DNA of 64,000 nt from Dehalococcoidia bacterium (GCA_963667465.2 CAXXDN010000001.1:928001-992000); one strand, 5' to 3'; positions 9,366-19,452 are shown, counted from the first letter of the stretch. Made by a program: numbers and translations. The notes: generated by a model not told the origin, from the sequence alone.

Positions 9366-10937
9366 CTACGGCCGCACGCCGGGGCGCGACTTCGGGCCGG
9401 CGGCGACCTCGTGCGGGAGGACGCGGTAGGCCATCTCCACGAAGCGCTCGAGGTGGGAGCGGGTCTCGCGCGGGTCAATGATCTCCTCGACGCCGAAGGC
9501 CTCGGCGGTGCGGAAGATGTTGCTCATCGCCGCGAACTCGTCCTCGAGCTCGCGACGGCGTGCCTCCGGGTCGGGCGAGGCCTCTATCTCGCGGCGGTAG
9601 GCGGCCTCGACGCCGCCCTCGATCGGCAGGATGCCCCAGTCCGCGCTCGGCCAGGCGATCTTGTAGCGCAGCCGCGAGTCACCCGGAACCATGCCGCCCA
9701 TGCCGTAGCACTTGCGCACGACGATCGTCAGCGCGGGCACGGTGGCCTGCATACCCGCCCAGGCGGCGCGGATGCCGCGCCTGAGCGTCGCCGCGCGCTC
9801 GGCCTCGGGGCCGACGGCGAAGCCGGGCACGTCGACGAAGAAGACGAGCGGGATGTGGAAGTAGTCGCACATGTCGATGAAGTGCGCCTGCTTCTCCGCC
9901 CCGTCGCCGTCGAGGGCGCCCCCGTAGGCGAGCGGGTTGTTGGCGATCACGCCGACCGGGTGCCCGTTGATGCGGGCGAGGGCGGTGATCAGGCTGAGCC
10001 CGTAGTGCGGCTTGATCTCGAAGATCGAGCCCTCGTCGAGCGTGGAGCGCAGCACGGTGTGCATCGAGTAGGGGCGGCGCCGGTCGCGCGGGATGAGGTC
10101 GGCGAGGCGCTCGGGGTCCGGTGGCGCGTCGTTGAACTCGGCGACGGGTGGCAGCTCGTAGACGTTGGAGGGCATGTAGGAGAGGAACGCCTTGATCTGG
10201 CGGAAGGCGTCCTCCTCGTCGGCCGCCTCGTTGTCGATGATGCCGGACTGGCGGACGTGGATCTGCGGACCGCCCAGCTCGCGAGGCGTGAGCTCCTGGC
10301 CCAGCGCCCGGCGCACGACGGGCGGCCCGGCGGCGAAGACCGCGGACGTCTCCTTCGTCATCACGCTCCAGTGCACGAGCTGCGAGCGGCCGGCCGGTCC
10401 GCCGGCGGCGAAGCCGAGCACCGCGCCGACGACCGGTACGTACATCATCGCCTCGACGGCGGGCATGAACTGGTGGTTGCCGGCGAAGAGCGGCGGCGCG
10501 CCCTCTGAGGCGATGCGCTGGACGTTGCCGCCCCCGCCCTCGATCAGCAGGACGAGCGGGACGAGGTACTCGCGGGCGAGCTCCTCGGGGAAGCCGCCAA
10601 CGTCGCCGCCCTTGACGCGCTGGGAGAAGTGCTTGGCGGAGCCGCCGCGGATCGTGAAGTCTTCGCCGCCGATGGCGACGTGCCGCCCGTCGATCTTGCC
10701 GAGGCCCATCACGTAGGGCGCGGGCGTGAACTCCGTGAGCTTGCCGTCCTCGTAGAGCCCGGCGCCGGCGAGCGCGCCGACCTCGTGGAAGGAGCCGTCG
10801 TCGAGCAGGATGTCGAGGCGCTCGCGGATCGTGTGCTGGCCGCGCGCGTGCTGGCGTTCGATGCGGTCCGGCTCGCCTCCGGCTTGCGCCAGCTCGGTGC
10901 GCTGCTTGATCTCGTCGAGCCTGTCCTGCCAGACCAT
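9366..10937 (-). CDS. Acyl-CoA carboxylase/decarboxylase carboxyltransferase subunit, copy 1
   Basis: Same motifs and length (523 aa) as 7513-9084; tandem paralog. Confidence 0.9.
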   Translation of the reverse strand: MVWQDRLDEIKQRTELAQAGGEPDRIERQHARGQHTIRERLDILLDDGSFHEVGALAGAGLYEDGKLTEFTPAPYVMGLGKIDGRHVAIGGEDFTIRGGSAKHFSQRVKGGDVGGFPEELAREYLVPLVLLIEGGGGNVQRIASEGAPPLFAGNHQFMPAVEAMMYVPVVGAVLGFAAGGPAGRSQLVHWSVMTKETSAVFAAGPPVVRRALGQELTPRELGGPQIHVRQSGIIDNEAADEEDAFRQIKAFLSYMPSNVYELPPVAEFNDAPPDPERLADLIPRDRRRPYSMHTVLRSTLDEGSIFEIKPHYGLSLITALARINGHPVGVIANNPLAYGGALDGDGAEKQAHFIDMCDYFHIPLVFFVDVPGFAVGPEAERAATLRRGIRAAWAGMQATVPALTIVVRKCYGMGGMVPGDSRLRYKIAWPSADWGILPIEGGVEAAYRREIEASPDPEARRRELEDEFAAMSNIFRTAEAFGVEEIIDPRETRSHLERFVEMAYRVLPHEVAAGPKSRPGVRP

Positions 10938-11168
10938 CGCGCCGCTCCTCCGTGTCCGCGCGCCCTCGTCTGCCCTCGGCGGGGCGGGGGCAGGGTAGCG
11001 CGTCGGGGGCGGGGGCGTACGGGTGTCGGGTGCGTCGCCTGGCCCTCGGTGTCAGCTCCCCAGCAGGCGACGGCGCCGCCGCCAACTGCCGCGGCGCCCA
11101 GGCCGACCGACCAACCGGGCGTGCGATGTGTGCAATGGCAGCCCGGGAGGTTTCCCTACCCTAACGCG

Positions 11169-12365
11169 CTACCCCCTCGGCAGCGCGAGGCCGCGGGTGG
11201 CGATGATGTTGCGCTGGATCTCGCTGGTGCCGCCGCCGATCGTCGAGGAGACGGCCTGCAGGTAGCGCTGAGACGCCGCGCCGTGCTGACCTTCCTCGCG
11301 GTGCTCGTCCCAGAGGTTGCCGTAGAGCCCGATCAGCGACATGTGGAGCTGCGCGATGCGCTGGGTCATCTCCGAGTTGAACAGCTTCGCGACCGAGGCC
11401 TCCATGTTCGGGACCAGACCCTGCACCTGCATCGTCATGATGCGGAACGAGAACAGCATCCCCACCTCCGCCTCGATCGCGCGATCGGCGAACTGAGCGC
11501 GCAGCATCGGACGCTCGCTGAGATGCGTCTCCTCGTCGGGCAACTCGTTCGCGAGGTCGACGATGCGATTCACCAACTGGCTCGCGCCGATTGAGTTACC
11601 GATGCCCGAGCGCTCGAAGTCGAGCAGGGTGGCGGCGGCGTACCAGCCGCGGTCCTCCTCGCCGATCATGTTGGCGGCGGGGATGCGCACGTCCTCGAAG
11701 AAGACCTCGTTGAAGCTGTGGCGGTCGGCCATGTTGACCAGCGGGCGGACGCTGATGCCGGGCAGGTCCATGTACATCCAGAAGAAGGAGATGCCGCGGT
11801 GCTTCGGCGCGTCCGGGTTCGTGCGGGCGATGAAGTACATGCCGTCCGCCTTGTGGGCGCGGCTCGTCCAGATCTTCTGCCCGCTGATCACGATGTCGTC
11901 GCCCTCGCGCTTCGCGCGAGTCTGCAGCGAGGCGAGGTCGGAGCCGGCGCTCGGCTCGGACCAGCCCTGGCACCACTCGAACTCGTCCGAGAGGATCTTC
12001 GGCAGGTGCTGCTGCTTCTGCTCCTCGCTGCCGGTCAGGATCAGCGTCGGGCCGAACATCATGACGGCGATGCCGAGCAGCCCGGAGATCCCGCCGACGC
12101 GCCCGGCCAACTCCTGGTTGAGGATGAACTGCTCGGTGACGGTGAGGCCGAGGCCGCCGTATTCCTTCGGCCAGTGCGGCCCCAGCCAGCCGCGCTCGGC
12201 GAGCGCCTTGCGCCAGCGCATGGTCACACCCTCCGAGTCGGAGCCGGCCCGCTCCATCAGCGGGTCGTCGCCGGGGCGTTCGGCGACCGTCGCGGTCTCC
12301 TCGATGAAGTCGCGCACCATGGCGCGGAATTCCGCCTGCTCGGGGGTGTCCGTGAAATCGACCAT
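11169..12365 (-). CDS. Acyl-CoA dehydrogenase family protein
   Basis: WCQGWSEPSAGSDLASL, GQKIWTS, FNEVFFEDV, TIGGGTSEIQRNII. Confidence 0.93.
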   Translation of the reverse strand: MVDFTDTPEQAEFRAMVRDFIEETATVAERPGDDPLMERAGSDSEGVTMRWRKALAERGWLGPHWPKEYGGLGLTVTEQFILNQELAGRVGGISGLLGIAVMMFGPTLILTGSEEQKQQHLPKILSDEFEWCQGWSEPSAGSDLASLQTRAKREGDDIVISGQKIWTSRAHKADGMYFIARTNPDAPKHRGISFFWMYMDLPGISVRPLVNMADRHSFNEVFFEDVRIPAANMIGEEDRGWYAAATLLDFERSGIGNSIGASQLVNRIVDLANELPDEETHLSERPMLRAQFADRAIEAEVGMLFSFRIMTMQVQGLVPNMEASVAKLFNSEMTQRIAQLHMSLIGLYGNLWDEHREEGQHGAASQRYLQAVSSTIGGGTSEIQRNIIATRGLALPRG

Positions 12366-12487
12366 CGCGCGCCTCCTGCAGCCCCCGCGAGCATAGCCGT
12401 CGCCGCAGCTACGCGGGGTGCGAGCCGGCCGAGGCGGTCACGTAGCGCCGCCGGTGCGGTAAGGTGCGCATCCGAGGGAGGCGAGCA

Positions 12488-13666
12488 ATGTCCCGACCCG
12501 AGCGCATGACCTTTGGCGTCTTCATGGCGCCGTTCCACCCGATTAACGAGAACCCCACGCTGGCCTTCGAGCGCGACATCGAGCTGCTCGAGTGGCTCGA
12601 CGCGCTCGGCTATGACGAGGCGTTCATCGGCGAGCACCACAGCGCCGGCTGGGAGACGATCGCCAGCCCCGAGGTGTTCATCGCCGCCGCCGCCCAGCGC
12701 ACGCGCCACCTTCGCTTCGGCACCGGCGTGGTCAGCATCCCCTACCACCACCCGTTCATGGTCGCCGACCGCATGGTGCTGCTCGACCACCTGACGAGGG
12801 GCCGCGTGATCCTCGGCGTGGGGCCGGGGGCGCTGGCGACGGACGCCTACATGATGGGCATCGACCCGGCGCGGCAGCGCGAGATGATGGACGAGGGCCT
12901 GGGGGTCATCAAGCGGCTCTTCACGGAGACCGCGCCGTTCAGTGTGAAGAGCGACTGGTTCGAACTGAACGACGGGATGCTCCAGATCCGGCCCTACCAG
13001 TACCCCTCGATCCCGCTCGTGGTCGCCTCCGTGCAGACGCCCGCGGGCGTCACGACGGCGGGCAAGCACGGCGCGGGGGTGCTCTCGCTGAGCACGCCGC
13101 GCGGCATGGTGCGCGAGACCTCGCTCAAGGAGCTGTGGTCGATCGCCGAGCAGACCGCCGCCGAGCACGGCAACGAGATGCGCCGCGAGGAGTGGCGGCT
13201 CTCGATTCCGATCCACCTCGCCGACAGCCGCGAGGAGGCGATGGCGGACGTGCGCCGCGGCCACCGGAACGTGACCCGCGAGTACTTCGACAAGACGCTC
13301 GGCCACGCCTCGCCGAACGTGCCGGACGACTGCCTGCTCGAGTACGTGATGGAGCGCCACGGGGTGATCGTCGGCACGCCCGACGACATGATCGAGGCGA
13401 TCGAGCGGCTGCAGGAGATCAGCGGCGGCTTCGGCGGCATGCTCGTGCGCGTCGAGGACTGGGCGCCGCGCGAGAAGATCCTGCGTAGCTACGAGCTGCT
13501 GGCCCGCTACGTAATGCCGCACTTCCAGGGCTCGGTTGCCTCCATCCAGCGCTCCAACAAGTGGGCGCAGGAGAACCGTGACCCGATCCACGAACGCCGT
13601 GTGCTGGGCGTGCGCACCGCCACCGAGGCCTACTTCGGGGGCAACTCCTCCGGCGACGGCTCGTAG
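12488..13666 (+). CDS. LLM-class flavin-dependent monooxygenase (limonene 1,2-monooxygenase-like)
   Basis: FGVFMAPFH, IGEHHSAGWE, LPYHHP-type motif, LDHLTRGR. Confidence 0.88.
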   Translation: MSRPERMTFGVFMAPFHPINENPTLAFERDIELLEWLDALGYDEAFIGEHHSAGWETIASPEVFIAAAAQRTRHLRFGTGVVSIPYHHPFMVADRMVLLDHLTRGRVILGVGPGALATDAYMMGIDPARQREMMDEGLGVIKRLFTETAPFSVKSDWFELNDGMLQIRPYQYPSIPLVVASVQTPAGVTTAGKHGAGVLSLSTPRGMVRETSLKELWSIAEQTAAEHGNEMRREEWRLSIPIHLADSREEAMADVRRGHRNVTREYFDKTLGHASPNVPDDCLLEYVMERHGVIVGTPDDMIEAIERLQEISGGFGGMLVRVEDWAPREKILRSYELLARYVMPHFQGSVASIQRSNKWAQENRDPIHERRVLGVRTATEAYFGGNSSGDGS

Positions 13667-13826
13667 CCAGCGAGGCCACGTCCGCGCGCCGCGATCGCGG
13701 CGCGCGCAGGGCGCGCGTTGCCGCGTCTCCCGTGCTGCGCCAGAATGCCCGGAGCGCGCGGCCGCACGGCGGGCCGCGCGCCCGGAGACCGATGACCCGA
13801 GGACCGGCGAGACGACAGGCGGGGCG

Positions 13827-14738
13827 ATGAGCGAGACCTGGTACATCGACGACGAGAGCCAGTACGTGAAGGTGATCAAGGAGGCGCCGGTCGCGCAGGT
13901 CGTCCTCAACCGGCCGGAGCGCCTCAACTGCTGGCTGACCGGCCAGGAACTGGAGATCGCGAGGGCGTTCGAGCAGCTCAACGGCAAGGAGCACGAGGAC
14001 GTCAAGGCCGTGATCTTCCGCGGCGAGGGCCGCAGCTTCTCCAGCGGCTACGACGTGACCGAGCTGGGCACGCAGTACTGGGAGCCCGGCGAGGACACGA
14101 AGAGCCGCCCGACGCAGCGTCGCCGCCTCAACGTCGACGCCGAGGGCCGCAACGTGCTGCGCGCCGTATTCCAGTCGAGGAAGGCGGTGATCGGCGAGCT
14201 GAAGGGCTATGTCCTCGGCGGCGCCTTCGAGTTCGTGCTCGGCTGCGACATCCTGATCGCGGCGGAGGGCACCATCATCGGCAGCCCGCCCGCGCGCATG
14301 GTCGCGGCGGCGGGGATGAGCAGCAGCTTCAGCATCCTCCGCCTCGGCCCCGCGCTCTACTCGGAGATGATGCTGCTCGGGCGCTTCATCAGCGCCGAGG
14401 AGGGCTACGAGCGCGGCCTCATCAACCGCGTCGTCCCGCTCGAAGACCTCGAGGAGACGACGCAGGCGGCGGCGGACCTCGCCAGCCTGATCCCGACCGA
14501 CGGCATCGCGATCCACAAGCTGCAGTCGCGGCTCGCCTACAACACGCTCGGCTTCGAGTCGACGCTGGCCGCCTCCAACATGTCGCACACGCTGCAGGTG
14601 CAGCAGCGCCTCGGCGAGCACGACTGGAACCTCTTCACCGAGCGGCGCGACCACGGGGCGAAGGAGGCCTACCGGCGGCGCGACCAGCGCTTCCGCGACG
14701 CCATCGAGCGCTTCAACCCGCGCGGCCCGATCATCTAG
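13827..14738 (+). CDS. Enoyl-CoA hydratase/isomerase family protein
   Basis: LNRPERLN, GRSFSSGYD, GYVLGGAFE...CD; start set at ATG 13827. Confidence 0.87.
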   Translation: MSETWYIDDESQYVKVIKEAPVAQVVLNRPERLNCWLTGQELEIARAFEQLNGKEHEDVKAVIFRGEGRSFSSGYDVTELGTQYWEPGEDTKSRPTQRRRLNVDAEGRNVLRAVFQSRKAVIGELKGYVLGGAFEFVLGCDILIAAEGTIIGSPPARMVAAAGMSSSFSILRLGPALYSEMMLLGRFISAEEGYERGLINRVVPLEDLEETTQAAADLASLIPTDGIAIHKLQSRLAYNTLGFESTLAASNMSHTLQVQQRLGEHDWNLFTERRDHGAKEAYRRRDQRFRDAIERFNPRGPII

Positions 14739-14751
14739 CCGGCGCAGCGAG

Positions 14752-15921
14752 GTGAGCGACCACTTGGACGGTCCGGTCGCCGGCGAGGCGCGCGGACAGA
14801 ACACGCGGCTCTCGGACATCGTCGCGGTCGAGCTGGGCGAAGGCCTCGCGGCGGCCTACTGCGGGCGCTGGCTGCGCCTCCACGGCGCGACCGTGATCAA
14901 GGTCGAGGATGCGACGACGGGCGGCGATCGGCTGCGGCGCGAGGACCTGACGCCGGACGGCTGGCGCCGCACCGAGCGCCGCTCGATGTTCGCCGCGCTG
15001 CATGCCGGCAAGGAGAGTGTCTCGCTCGACTACTCCAGCGACGAGGGCCAGTCCGAGCTGCACGATCAACTCTTCCGCGCGGACGTCGTCATCTCCAGCT
15101 TCACGCGCGACGAACTGCTGGAACGCGGGCTCAGCGAGGTGCTGTTCGACCTGCCCGGCGATCGCGTCGCCGTCTCCTGCACGCCGTTCGGCCTCGATGG
15201 GCCGTACGCGGACTACCAGGCGACGGACGAGGTGCTGCTCGCCTATGGCGGGTCGATGAGCACGCTCGGCCAGTCGAAGGGGCCGCCGCGCCACGTACGC
15301 GTGCCGATGGCGGACTTCGTCGGCGGGGTCTTCGGCTTCCAGTCGGCGCTGCTCGGGCTGCTCAACCCGGCGGCCGGGCGCTGCTTCGACGTCTCGGTCG
15401 CCGACTGCCTGGCGGCCAACCTCGAGCGGGTGACGATGTTCTACTCGCACCTCGGGCTGATCCACCTGCGAGGGCACGGCATGCACCGTCACTTCGCCGG
15501 CCACCCGGGCGGGCTCTACCCCTGCAAGGACGGCTACGTGATGGTCGCGATGGCCGGATCGCCGATCCAGATGATGGCCCTGCTCGTGGAGCAGCCGGAG
15601 CTCGAGGAGCACCCGCTCTTCCAGGACCGCCTCGAGCGGCACCGCCGCCCCGACGAGTTCGACGAACTGATCCTGCCCTGGTTCCTCGAGCACGAGGCCG
15701 GGGAGATCGTGACGAAGGCGCACGAGCTGCGCATGCCGTTCGGCTACGTGCTGCGGCCCTCGGAGCTGTTGACGGACGCACAGCTCGCGCACCGCCAGAG
15801 CCTCGTCGAGGTGGCCGTGCCGGGCCTCGCTGAACCCGTCCGGATGCCGGGCTTGCCCTACCGCTACCGCGAGTTCGACGCCGAGGGCGTCGCGCTTGAC
15901 CCGCTGGAGACGCCCGGATGA
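14752..15921 (+). CDS. Class III CoA-transferase (CaiB/BaiF family), subunit 1
   Basis: GATVIKVE, GKESVSLD, TPFGLDGPY, MADFVGG, YPCKDGY. Confidence 0.87.
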   Translation: MSDHLDGPVAGEARGQNTRLSDIVAVELGEGLAAAYCGRWLRLHGATVIKVEDATTGGDRLRREDLTPDGWRRTERRSMFAALHAGKESVSLDYSSDEGQSELHDQLFRADVVISSFTRDELLERGLSEVLFDLPGDRVAVSCTPFGLDGPYADYQATDEVLLAYGGSMSTLGQSKGPPRHVRVPMADFVGGVFGFQSALLGLLNPAAGRCFDVSVADCLAANLERVTMFYSHLGLIHLRGHGMHRHFAGHPGGLYPCKDGYVMVAMAGSPIQMMALLVEQPELEEHPLFQDRLERHRRPDEFDELILPWFLEHEAGEIVTKAHELRMPFGYVLRPSELLTDAQLAHRQSLVEVAVPGLAEPVRMPGLPYRYREFDAEGVALDPLETPG

Positions 15922-17312
15922 CCGACGAAACGGTGACGGACGAGACCATGAGTGAAGAGCCGATCTACCAGCCGCTCGCCGGCGTGCGCGTACTCGACCT
16001 CACCGGGCAGTACGCGGGCTCGCAAATCACGCGCATCCTCGCCGACCTCGGCGCCGAGGTGAACAAGGTCGAGGCGGCGCGCCACATGGACATGGTCTCG
16101 CGTGGCCTCGTGCCGACCGACAACCGGCCGACGAACCATTGGTGGACGCGCACCGCCTACTGGGCGGAGCGCAACATCAACAAGCGCGGCATCACCGTCG
16201 ACCTGACGACGGACGAGGGCAAGGAGGTCTTCTACGACCTGCTCGATGTCTCCGACATCCTCGCGGAGAACTACACGCCGCGGGTGATGCGCCACTTCGG
16301 CTTCGAGTACGAAACACTGAAGGCGCGCAAGCCGGGGCTGATCCACATCTCCCTCTCCGGCTACGGCCAGGAGGGCCCGCTCGCGAACGCCCCGGCCAAC
16401 GCCTTCGGCATGCTCGCTGCCGCCGGACTCGCCTACGCGATGGGCGAGCCGGGCCCCGCGCCCTACCTGCCGACGACCTCGCTGGCGGACATGTACGCCG
16501 GCATCAGCGCGGCCACCTCGATTCTCGTGGCCCTGCGCCGCGTGCGCCTGACCGGCGAGGGCGAGCGCATCGACATGGCCGGCCGCGAGGGTGGGATGGC
16601 GATGGGCTCCGGCTTCGTGCTCGGCTCGCAGCTCCCCCCGGACCAGCCGGGCGAGCGCGTCTACTCCACCGTGATCCTCGGCTGCGCCGGCGACGAGGAG
16701 TGGCTGGTCGTCTGCTACCGCGACGCCGAGGAGTGGGCGCAGCTCTGCGGCGTGCTCGGCATCGAGGATCCGCCCGACCCGCCCGCAGACCCGGACGACC
16801 CGCCCGAGGAGGTCGTGCGCGCGGCCGCCGCGGCCGACCGCCACGCGGTCGCCGCGGCGCTCCAGGCCGCGGGCGTCGCCGCCGCACCGGTGCAGACCGG
16901 GCGCGACATCCTGCTCGACCCGCACTTCGAGGAGCGCGACGTCTACGCCCTCTGCCGCCACACCGACCCGGAAATCGGCGCGCGGCCGTTCGGGCGCGCC
17001 TTCCCCGTGCGCGTGCTCGGCGCGCGCGGCACGGAGCTGCGCGACCCACCGCGCGACCTCGGGCGTGACAACCGCGAGGTCTTCCGCGAGGTTCTCGGCT
17101 ACTCCGACGAGCGCATCGACGCGCTCTACGAGGCGGGTGTCGCGGCGGATGGGCCGAGCACCCGCTTCGGCCGCGCCTGGGCGACGCCGCTCGACACCGA
17201 GGCCATGATCCACGACGGCGGCGCGCTGCCCGCGCCCGACTACCTCGACGTGCTCAGCGAGCGCTTCGGCGAGCGCGTGGGCCCGCTGCGCTGGCCCGAG
17301 GAAGGGTCGTAG
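15918..17312 (+). CDS. Class III CoA-transferase (CaiB/BaiF family), subunit 2
   Basis: PLAGVRVLDL, LADLGAEV, NKRGITVDL, ENYTP, SGYGQEGP; ATGA overlap with the upstream transferase. Confidence 0.88.
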   Translation: MTDETVTDETMSEEPIYQPLAGVRVLDLTGQYAGSQITRILADLGAEVNKVEAARHMDMVSRGLVPTDNRPTNHWWTRTAYWAERNINKRGITVDLTTDEGKEVFYDLLDVSDILAENYTPRVMRHFGFEYETLKARKPGLIHISLSGYGQEGPLANAPANAFGMLAAAGLAYAMGEPGPAPYLPTTSLADMYAGISAATSILVALRRVRLTGEGERIDMAGREGGMAMGSGFVLGSQLPPDQPGERVYSTVILGCAGDEEWLVVCYRDAEEWAQLCGVLGIEDPPDPPADPDDPPEEVVRAAAAADRHAVAAALQAAGVAAAPVQTGRDILLDPHFEERDVYALCRHTDPEIGARPFGRAFPVRVLGARGTELRDPPRDLGRDNREVFREVLGYSDERIDALYEAGVAADGPSTRFGRAWATPLDTEAMIHDGGALPAPDYLDVLSERFGERVGPLRWPEEGS

Positions 17313-17317
17313 CGGCG

Positions 17318-18115
17318 ATGCCCTTCGCGGAGTCAGCGGGCGCGCGCCTTCACTGGGAGCGGCACGGCGAGGACGGGCCGCCGCTCGTGCTCTCGACGGG
17401 GCAGGCGGTGCCCGCGTCGCTCTGGGGCGCGCTTGCTTCGTTACTGGCGGCGCGCTTCCGCCTCGTGACCTACGACCAGCGCGGCATCGGCGAGAGCGAG
17501 GCACTGTCCGAGAGCTGCACGATGGAGGACGCGGCCGACGACCTCCAGGCGGTGATCGGAGCCGCCTTCGGCGACGAGCGGGTGATCTCGCTGGGCCACG
17601 CCTCGGGCGGCTGGGTCGCCGCCGCCCACGCCATCAACCACCCGGAGGCGGCGCGCGCGCTGGTGCTCTGCAGCGTCGTCGGCATCTTCGCCCCGCCGCC
17701 CGGCTTGCCGCAGCAGGGCCTGCGGATCAACCCGAAGCAGGTCGAGTACGAGGAGTACAAGGCGCAGCTCGGCCCGCTCTACACCGGCATGGGCTACGCC
17801 GACACGCCCGAGGGCGATGCCTTCCTGCGCGAGTACTACGCCGCTGGCCGTGCCCGCAGCGGTCCCAGCTGGCACGGCTACGCGATGCGCGACGTGGATC
17901 GCATGCGCTACTGGGCGAAGTGGACTCAGCCCACGCTGTTGCTCTACGGGACGCACGACCGCCTCGGGGTGCCGGAGCACGGCTTCGAGCTCGATCGCGT
18001 GCTTCCGGAGTCGGAGCTGCACTGGTTCTACCCGGCGGGCCACTTCCTGCCGCGCGAGCAGGCCGGCCCCGTTGCCGAGCGCATCATCGACTGGGCCAGC
18101 CGCCTCGAGGGCTGA
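17318..18115 (+). CDS. Alpha/beta fold hydrolase
   Basis: YDQRGIGES, LGHASGG nucleophile-elbow position (non-canonical), GTHD, AGHF. Confidence 0.82.
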   Translation: MPFAESAGARLHWERHGEDGPPLVLSTGQAVPASLWGALASLLAARFRLVTYDQRGIGESEALSESCTMEDAADDLQAVIGAAFGDERVISLGHASGGWVAAAHAINHPEAARALVLCSVVGIFAPPPGLPQQGLRINPKQVEYEEYKAQLGPLYTGMGYADTPEGDAFLREYYAAGRARSGPSWHGYAMRDVDRMRYWAKWTQPTLLLYGTHDRLGVPEHGFELDRVLPESELHWFYPAGHFLPREQAGPVAERIIDWASRLEG

Positions 18116-18129
18116 CGAGCGCACGTCTG

Positions 18130-18241
18130 CTGTGGGGGGCTGCGCCCCCCACGCCCCCATCCGGACGAGCACGCTGCGCGGCTCCGGCCCACCCACCCGC
18201 CCTCGGAATTTCCTTATGTGGGGGCTACGCCCCCACGCCCC
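18130..18241. repeat. Two copies of a GGGGGC-nnn-GCCCC hairpin repeat (second REP-like family)
   Basis: TGTGGGGGGCTGCGCCCCCCACGCCCCC at ~18131 and TGTGGGGGCTACGCCCCACGCCCC at ~18217. Confidence 0.65.
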
Positions 18242-18249
18242 GCCGGAGG

Positions 18250-18520
18250 TTTCGAGGGCGCACCCAACTCCCGATGCGGGTCCGGCCCCCTCTCCCCTTG
18301 CGGGAGCGGGCCGGGGATGAGGGGCGAGAAGCGGCGGCCGGCGCGAGCTTTCGAGGGCGCAACTCCCGATGGCGGATCCGGCCCCCTCGCCCCTTGCGGG
18401 AGCGGGGGGGGGTGAGGGCGAGAAGCGGCGGCCGGCGCGAGCTTTCGAGGGCGCAACTCCCGATGGCCGATCCGGCCCCCTCGCCCCTCGCCCCTTGCGG
18501 GAGCGGGCGGGGGTGAGGGG
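18250..18520. repeat. Three tandem ~95-bp units, each carrying a REP-like palindrome (BIME-like cluster)
   Basis: Units start TTTCGAGGGCGCA at 18250, 18349 and 18443; each contains CCGGCCCCCTC.CCCCTTGCGGGAGCGGG...TGAGGG; lies between convergent genes. Confidence 0.85.
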
Positions 18521-18553
18521 TTCCGCCGCGCCCGGGCGCGGGGAGGGCCGACC

Positions 18554-19342
18554 CTAGCGCTGCCCGAGCCCGAAGCCCCCGAGGACGGAACCTTCGCCCT
18601 GAGAGCTGCCACCGGCCCTCGGCGCGTTCTCGATAATGCGGTTGGCCAGCCGCGAGAAGGGCAGCGACTGCAGCCAGACGCGCCCGTGCCCGGAGAGGCT
18701 CGCGAGGAACAGGCCCTCACCTCCAAACAACTGCGACTTGAGGTTGCCCGCCCGCTCGATCTGGTAGTCGACCCCTCGCTCCAGCGCCACGAGGCAGCCG
18801 GTGTCGACGAGCAGCTTGTCGCCCTCGAGGCGCTTCTCGACCACGGTGCCGCCGACGGACAGGAACGCCATGCCGTCGCCCTGCAGGTGCTGCAGGATGA
18901 AGCCCTCGCCGCCGAACAGCCCGACGCCGAGGTTGCGCCGGAAGGCGATGTCGATCTTCGTGCCGAGCGCGGCGCAGAGGAAGGCGTCCTTCTGGGCGAC
19001 GATCTCGCCGCCCATGTCGGCGAGGTCGATCGGCACGATCTTGCCGGGGAACTCGGCGGAGAAGGACACCACCTGCTTGCCTCGGCCAGTGTTCGTGAAG
19101 TGCGTGATGAACAGCGACTCGCCCGCCAGCGCGCGCTTGCCGGCGTCCTTGAGCTTGCCGAACAGCCCCTTCTCCGGCTCCGCGCCGTCGCCCATCTTCG
19201 TCTCGAACGTGATCCCGGATTCGAGGAACATCATCGCCCCCGCCTCGCCGATCACCGTCTCGCCGGGGTCCAGCTCCACCTCGACGAACTGCAAGTCGTC
19301 GCCGTGGATCCGGTAGTCGACCTCGTGACTGCGCTGCGCCAT
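18554..19342 (-). CDS. TIGR00266 / AIM24 family protein
   Basis: GDDLQFVEVELDPGETVIGEAGAM, GESLFITHF, QKDAFLC, GLFGGEGFILQ, VWLQSLPFSRLA. Confidence 0.9.
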   Translation of the reverse strand: MAQRSHEVDYRIHGDDLQFVEVELDPGETVIGEAGAMMFLESGITFETKMGDGAEPEKGLFGKLKDAGKRALAGESLFITHFTNTGRGKQVVSFSAEFPGKIVPIDLADMGGEIVAQKDAFLCAALGTKIDIAFRRNLGVGLFGGEGFILQHLQGDGMAFLSVGGTVVEKRLEGDKLLVDTGCLVALERGVDYQIERAGNLKSQLFGGEGLFLASLSGHGRVWLQSLPFSRLANRIIENAPRAGGSSQGEGSVLGGFGLGQR

Positions 19343-19452
19343 CGCCGTACGTCCTCTCCCGATCGCCTGGCCCCCGCGATCCATTGTCGCGCACGACGGC
19401 CCGCCGTGCGCGGCCGCGCGCGACTGAGCGGCATCGCGCGTACCATCGCGCG

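Noticed and set aside
13683-13706. Perfect 24-bp GC palindrome after the LLM gene
   Set aside because: Almost entirely GC in a very GC-rich genome, single copy and without a U-tract; at most a transcript-stabilising hairpin.
18250-18520. Possible CRISPR array
   Set aside because: Whole ~95-bp units repeat with no unique spacers, there are no cas genes, and the sequence matches dispersed REP-like elements.
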